Origin: Dongiaceae bacterium
GTDB lineage: Bacteria > Pseudomonadota > Alphaproteobacteria > SHNJ01
DNA: 64,000 nt
Assembly (NCBI GenBank): GCA_050182275.1
Contig: JBFXCK010000001.1
Span: 128,096 to 192,095, forward strand
Direction of reading: 5' to 3'
This document shows, one piece after another, positions 60,230 to 64,000 of the stretch. A model generated the notes under the pieces. It was not told where the DNA came from. It did not search any database and saw only the letters and a program-made list of their open reading frames with translations. Every line of letters begins with the position of its first letter. Position 1 is the first letter of the stretch. The translations under genes and the position numbers were made by a program.

Positions 60230-61252
60230 ATGCAAGCACTAGTGAAGGCAAAATCAGAAACGGGCCTATGGCAGCAAGAGGTGCCAAACCCCAAAATCGG
60301 CCCAAATGATGTGCTGATCAAAATCAAAAAAACCGCGATTTGCGGCACCGATTTGCATATTTATAAATGGGATGCTTGGGCCGCGCGCACCATTCCAACC
60401 CCGATGGTGGTAGGGCATGAATATGCCGGCGTGATCGCAGAAATGGGCAGCGAAGTAAAAGGCTTAAAAATCGGCCAGCGTGTTTCCGGCGAAGGGCATA
60501 TTACGTGCGGCCAGTGCCGCAATTGCCGGGTTGGGCGGCGTCATTTGTGCCCGAACACGATTGGCGTCGGCGTGAACAGGGCAGGGGCATTCGCCGAATA
60601 TTTGGCGATTCCGGCCGAAAATGTTTTTCCGATTCCCGATTCCATTCCCGATGAAATCGCCGCCATTTTTGATCCGTTGGGCAATGCGGTGCATACGGCT
60701 TTGGCGTTCAACCCCATTGGCGCCGATATTTTAATTACCGGCGCTGGGCCGATTGGCTGCATGGCGGCGGCGATTTGCCGGAAAGTGGGCGCCCGCCATG
60801 TGGTGGTGACCGATATTAATGATTACCGTTTAGATCTCGCGCGCAAAATGGGCGCGAGCCTTGCCATCAATGTGCGCCAAGAATCGATCAAAGACACTAT
60901 TGCCAAGCTTGGCATACAGGAAGGCTTCGATATTGGCTTGGAAATGTCGGGGCATGATGCGGGGTTGGAAGATTTGCTTGAACATACGATGAATGGTGGC
61001 CAAATCGCCATTTTGGGCATTTTTCCGAACAAGGTGGCGATTGATTGGGATAAGGTTATTTTCAAGGGCCTTACCCTTAAAGGCATTTACGGGCGGGAAA
61101 TTTTTAACACCTGGTATCAAATGGTGGCGTTAATCAATAGCGGCCTTGATGTTAGCCCGGTTATTACCCACCGCCTGAATTTCAAGGAATTTGATAAGGG
61201 CTTCAATATGTTGCTAAAAGGCCAGGCCGCTAAGGTGGTAATGGATTGGTAA
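60230..61252 (+). CDS. tdh: L-threonine 3-dehydrogenase.
   Basis: Zinc-dependent alcohol dehydrogenase fold ([26 protein letters not shown]). 340 aa. Confidence 0.95.
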   Translation: MQALVKAKSETGLWQQEVPNPKIGPNDVLIKIKKTAICGTDLHIYKWDAWAARTIPTPMVVGHEYAGVIAEMGSEVKGLKIGQRVSGEGHITCGQCRNCRVGRRHLCPNTIGVGVNRAGAFAEYLAIPAENVFPIPDSIPDEIAAIFDPLGNAVHTALAFNPIGADILITGAGPIGCMAAAICRKVGARHVVVTDINDYRLDLARKMGASLAINVRQESIKDTIAKLGIQEGFDIGLEMSGHDAGLEDLLEHTMNGGQIAILGIFPNKVAIDWDKVIFKGLTLKGIYGREIFNTWYQMVALINSGLDVSPVITHRLNFKEFDKGFNMLLKGQAAKVVMDW

Positions 61253-61310
61253 TCTCTTACGGCTATAATCGGATTTCTCTTTAGGATAAACTCTGATATA
61301 CTAGCCTTTA

Positions 61311-61946
61311 ATGACAGCTCCATTGCCGCAAAAACCCAGCTCTGCCGCCTTGGTTACGGCGCTTAACCCCCAGCATGGGCAGGGGCTGAAAAGATTTTTG
61401 ACCGTTATATGGGAAAGCGGCCTTGCCCTTTTGGCGGCGTTTGCCAGGCCCTCCGCAATTCCCGAAAAGTTACGCCCGCATCCTCTTTCCCCGGCGGAAG
61501 AAGCATTGCAGAATTTGCCCCAGCGCACGGCTAAACCCATTCGACCCGCAGACCAAGAGCTTGGCAACTTATTGCGGCAAACGTTTAATATTGTGGGATT
61601 GCCTCGTCCAGCAGCACAAGCACAGCGCCAGAAGATTTTTGATCAAGCGATGAATTTAATCATGATGAAAGGGGCCGATCCCAATCTTTCCATAAAGAAC
61701 GGAGAGCGCTTAGAGCATGTCGCCGCCCGCCTTGGCCCGGTGGCGATGGAATTCTTTATAAAGAATGGCGGAAAATTCACCGATAAAACCGGCGGTGATT
61801 CAGGCTTAACCTCGGCCCATATCGCCGCTGAAAATCCGTCAAGCTTTGAAATTTACCGCCAATTGGGCGGACCTGTTCACGAGCGGAAATTGTATGATGT
61901 TTGGACGCCGGCCCATATTCTTGCCGCGGCTAAAACCCGTTCCTGA
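61311..61946 (+). CDS. Ankyrin-repeat-containing protein (211 aa).
   Basis: C-terminal repeats with ankyrin-like consensus (ERLEHVAARLGPVAMEFFIKNGGKF; GLTSAHIAAENPSSFEIYRQLGG; TPAHILAAAK). Confidence 0.55.
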   Translation: MTAPLPQKPSSAALVTALNPQHGQGLKRFLTVIWESGLALLAAFARPSAIPEKLRPHPLSPAEEALQNLPQRTAKPIRPADQELGNLLRQTFNIVGLPRPAAQAQRQKIFDQAMNLIMMKGADPNLSIKNGERLEHVAARLGPVAMEFFIKNGGKFTDKTGGDSGLTSAHIAAENPSSFEIYRQLGGPVHERKLYDVWTPAHILAAAKTRS

Positions 61947-61973
61947 TTTTCTAAAAAATATTTCCTAAAATTT

Positions 61974-62060
61974 TGGTGCCCCCGGGGAGGGTCGAACTCC
62001 CACTCTGTTGCCAGAAGTAGATTTTGAGTCTACCGCGTCTGCCAGTTCCGCCACAGGGGC
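61974..62060 (-). tRNA. tRNA-Leu (anticodon CAA).
   Basis: The minus strand reads GCCCCTGTGGCGGAACTGGCAGACGCGGTAGACTCAAAATCTAC..GGGAGTTCGACCCTCCCCGGGGGCACCA. It has a 7-bp acceptor stem, the GTTCGA T-arm, a long variable arm, anticodon CAA and an encoded CCA end. Confidence 0.85.
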
Positions 62061-62154
62061 CTTAAGGGCACGCATCATAGCGGGGATAATTTTTACGTCA
62101 ACACTCTTTAAGCCGCCTTGTTTTTGCCGCGTTGGCGTGGTTAGTGGCCGCATC

Positions 62155-62733
62155 ATGCTCCGCCGCCTTTATCAATGGACATTATCTTTAAGCGCCAAGC
62201 CAGGGGCTAGCTGGGCCTTGGCCGCGGTTAGTTTTGCCGAATCTTCGGTTTTTTTGATCCCGCCCGATGTGATGCTGATCCCGATGTGCCTGGCCGACCG
62301 GACTAAGGCTTGGTTTTACGCAACTATTTGCACCATTGCCTCGGTATTGGGCGGTATCGCCGGCTATGCGATCGGTTATTTTTTATATGAAACCGTGGGT
62401 GAATGGATTGTGGCCACGTACGGGCTAGAATCGGGCTTCAATCATTTCGCGGTATTATTTCAGCAATATGGCGGGTGGGTGGTGTTGATTAAAGGGTTAA
62501 CCCCCATTCCCTATAAATTGGTAACAATCGCCAGCGGGGTATTCAGCCTGAATATGGGGATTTTTATTACGGCCTCCATCATATCGCGGGGCGCCAGGTT
62601 CTTTTTATTAGCGGCGTTATTGCATCATTATGGCGAGCCGATGAAGGCCTTTATCGAGAAATATTTGGAATGGGTTAGCCTTGTTTTATTAGCCCTGGTG
62701 GTTGGCGGGTTTTTGCTGCTAAAATATTTTTAA
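62155..62733 (+). CDS. YqaA/DedA-like (SNARE-associated domain) inner-membrane protein.
   Basis: Motif SVFLIPPDVMLIPM. Start taken at the MLRRLYQW methionine; the ORF-track start at 62008 would overlap the tRNA. Confidence 0.65.
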   Translation: MLRRLYQWTLSLSAKPGASWALAAVSFAESSVFLIPPDVMLIPMCLADRTKAWFYATICTIASVLGGIAGYAIGYFLYETVGEWIVATYGLESGFNHFAVLFQQYGGWVVLIKGLTPIPYKLVTIASGVFSLNMGIFITASIISRGARFFLLAALLHHYGEPMKAFIEKYLEWVSLVLLALVVGGFLLLKYF

Positions 62734-63230
62734 TGTCGTCTTTTCTAAGATCTCCCTTGGTTTTTGGTTTTGCCGCCGTGGCCGCCTTGGCGGGGGCGTA
62801 TATTTTTCAATATGGCTTTGGCCTAGCGCCTTGCCCTTTATGCCTGTATCAGCGCTGGCCTTATATGGCGGCGATCGCCTTTAGTTTGCTGGCCTATAGT
62901 TTCCGGCATAAGCCGCTTTATGGAGTATGGCTGGGATTGCTGGCCCTGTCATTTTGGTTAAGCGCCGCGCTGGCTTTATTCCATGTGGGGGTCGAACAGC
63001 ATTGGTGGCGGGGATTGGATAGCTGTCAGGGGCAAGCAATACCCACCAACCTGGAAGAGTTGCGCGCAATGATCGAAAACGCCCAGCCGGCCAGATGTGA
63101 TGAGATCGCCTGGTCTTTCCTGGGTATTTCGATTGCCGGTTATAATTTAATCTATGCCGCCATTATGGGATATTTCGCCACCCGTTTTGCCCTAAAGGAC
63201 GCCGCCCATGGCCAAACCCAAGCGCGCTAA
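62733..63230 (+). CDS. dsbB: Disulfide bond formation protein B.
   Basis: CPLCLYQRWPYM first Cys pair, four transmembrane segments and a second Cys pair (CQG / ARCDE). 165 aa. Confidence 0.85.
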   Translation: MSSFLRSPLVFGFAAVAALAGAYIFQYGFGLAPCPLCLYQRWPYMAAIAFSLLAYSFRHKPLYGVWLGLLALSFWLSAALALFHVGVEQHWWRGLDSCQGQAIPTNLEELRAMIENAQPARCDEIAWSFLGISIAGYNLIYAAIMGYFATRFALKDAAHGQTQAR

Positions 63231-63792
63231 AAACGCCAAGAAAATGAAAAAAAGGCCGGCTTATTTACCGGGCGATTTAACCCATCAAGCTTTGATCGAC
63301 CGCATCATCCGCGTCGATCACGCCGGTGAATATGGCGCGAAAAGAATTTACCAAGGCCAATTGGCGGTTTTGCGCGGCACGCCATCGGAAAATTTGATCC
63401 GTGAAATGCAAGAGCATGAATTAGAGCATTTAGAATATTTCGAAAAAGAAATACCAAAACGCAATGCCCGTCCCACCGCGCTGTTGCCGCTGTGGCATAT
63501 GCTAGGCTTTGCTTTAGGTGCTGGTACAGCGCTGTTGGGCGAGAAGGCGGCGATGGCCTGCACCATTGCGGTTGAAGAAGTGATTGAACAGCATTACCAA
63601 AAACAATTATTGGCATTGGGCGGCAAGGAAAAAGATTTGGCCAAACATATCGAAAAATTCTGCGCCGAGGAGGTTCACCACCGCGATATTGGCGTTGCAC
63701 AGGGCGGGCGCGAAGCGCCGGGCTTTCAAATCTTGGAAAAAGCTATCAAGACCGCCTCAAAAGCGGCGATTTGGCTAAGCGAGCGCGTTTAA
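63208..63792 (+). CDS. coq7: Demethoxyubiquinone hydroxylase (Coq7 family di-iron carboxylate protein).
   Basis: IRVDHAGEYGAKRIYQGQ and the EVHH/EExH di-iron ligands. Confidence 0.9.
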   Translation: MAKPKRAKNAKKMKKRPAYLPGDLTHQALIDRIIRVDHAGEYGAKRIYQGQLAVLRGTPSENLIREMQEHELEHLEYFEKEIPKRNARPTALLPLWHMLGFALGAGTALLGEKAAMACTIAVEEVIEQHYQKQLLALGGKEKDLAKHIEKFCAEEVHHRDIGVAQGGREAPGFQILEKAIKTASKAAIWLSERV

Positions 63793-64000
63793 AGTTTAAA
63801 ATCGTGCTTCGGCCAGACATATTTTAAGAAAAACCATGCCGCCGTTATAATGGTGAATAGCAGAATGTTGAACATGCGCGGCAGCTGATACACCATCATT
63901 GCCTGGCCGCCGCTGCCGAAAGAATCGGCAAAAATTTGCGCCAGCCATAACAGGAAGATCACGATGTTGGGCAAAATCACAAATAGGAAAGCCCATTTTG
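63789..64000 (-). CDS. Partial CDS: C-terminal end of a membrane protein whose start lies beyond the window end.
   Basis: Open hydrophobic reading frame running to the window edge. No identifiable motif. Confidence 0.3.
   Translation of the reverse strand, partial: KWAFLFVILPNIVIFLLWLAQIFADSFGSGGQAMMVYQLPRMFNILLFTIITAAWFFLKYVWPKHDFKL

Noticed and set aside
62008-62154. An N-terminal extension of the yqaA-like ORF that overlaps the tRNA-Leu gene.
   Set aside because: The extension is antisense to the tRNA. The internal MLRRLYQW start gives a typical YqaA-family protein, so the ORF-track start is an artefact.

Overview
This 64-kb window looks like part of an alphaproteobacterial chromosome, about 50–55% GC, probably from a host-associated lineage. 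It is densely packed with housekeeping genes on both strands.

Recognisable genes include:
- a surface-polysaccharide sugar-precursor cluster (WecA-like transferase, NAD-dependent epimerase, PglF/CapD-like dehydratase);
- purH, mutY, a DciA-like DUF721 protein, a DsbA-family oxidoreductase, dps and smc;
- the F0 ATP synthase operon atpI-B-E-F'-F with a strong σ70-like promoter;
- the glycine-cleavage genes gcvT, gcvH, gcvPA and gcvPB;
- ispH, rnhA, a periplasmic solute-binding protein and a DsbD-like disulfide reductase;
- algH/yqgE, then M16 and M32 metallopeptidases running directly into a mitochondria-like cytochrome-oxidase cluster (surf1, coxC, ctaG, a small coxF-like ORF, ctaB, ctaD, coxB);
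- tldD, rsmE, ubiA, pmbA, an msbA-like ABC transporter, DUF374, waaA, lpxK, xseA, purD, tadA, a class-I glutamine amidotransferase, an RluB-family pseudouridine synthase, rsmD, mutL, pgi, lspA, ileS, ribF, a MaoC-like dehydratase, kbl, tdh, tRNA-Leu(CAA), yqaA, dsbB and coq7.

I found no CRISPR array, no transposase or integrase, and no rRNA genes.

The non-housekeeping content sits in a few small islands.
- A low-GC 474-aa orphan ORF lies between gcvH and gcvT, splitting the otherwise contiguous glycine-cleavage operon. It has a C-terminal EG..L.HCVGGY motif that resembles PcfJ-like domains of mobile elements.
- A divergent pair at 13.6–15.3 kb: a J-domain (HPD) protein with an NLS-like basic stretch, and a very AT-rich 330-aa orphan ORF.
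- An ankyrin-repeat protein next to the tRNA-Leu gene.
- A proline-rich lipoprotein overlapping the gcvT start, plus two small basic secreted proteins.

Together these look like horizontally acquired, possibly eukaryote-targeting effector genes or a mobile-element remnant, not a classical defence operon. All coordinates derived by hand may be off by ±1–3 nt.
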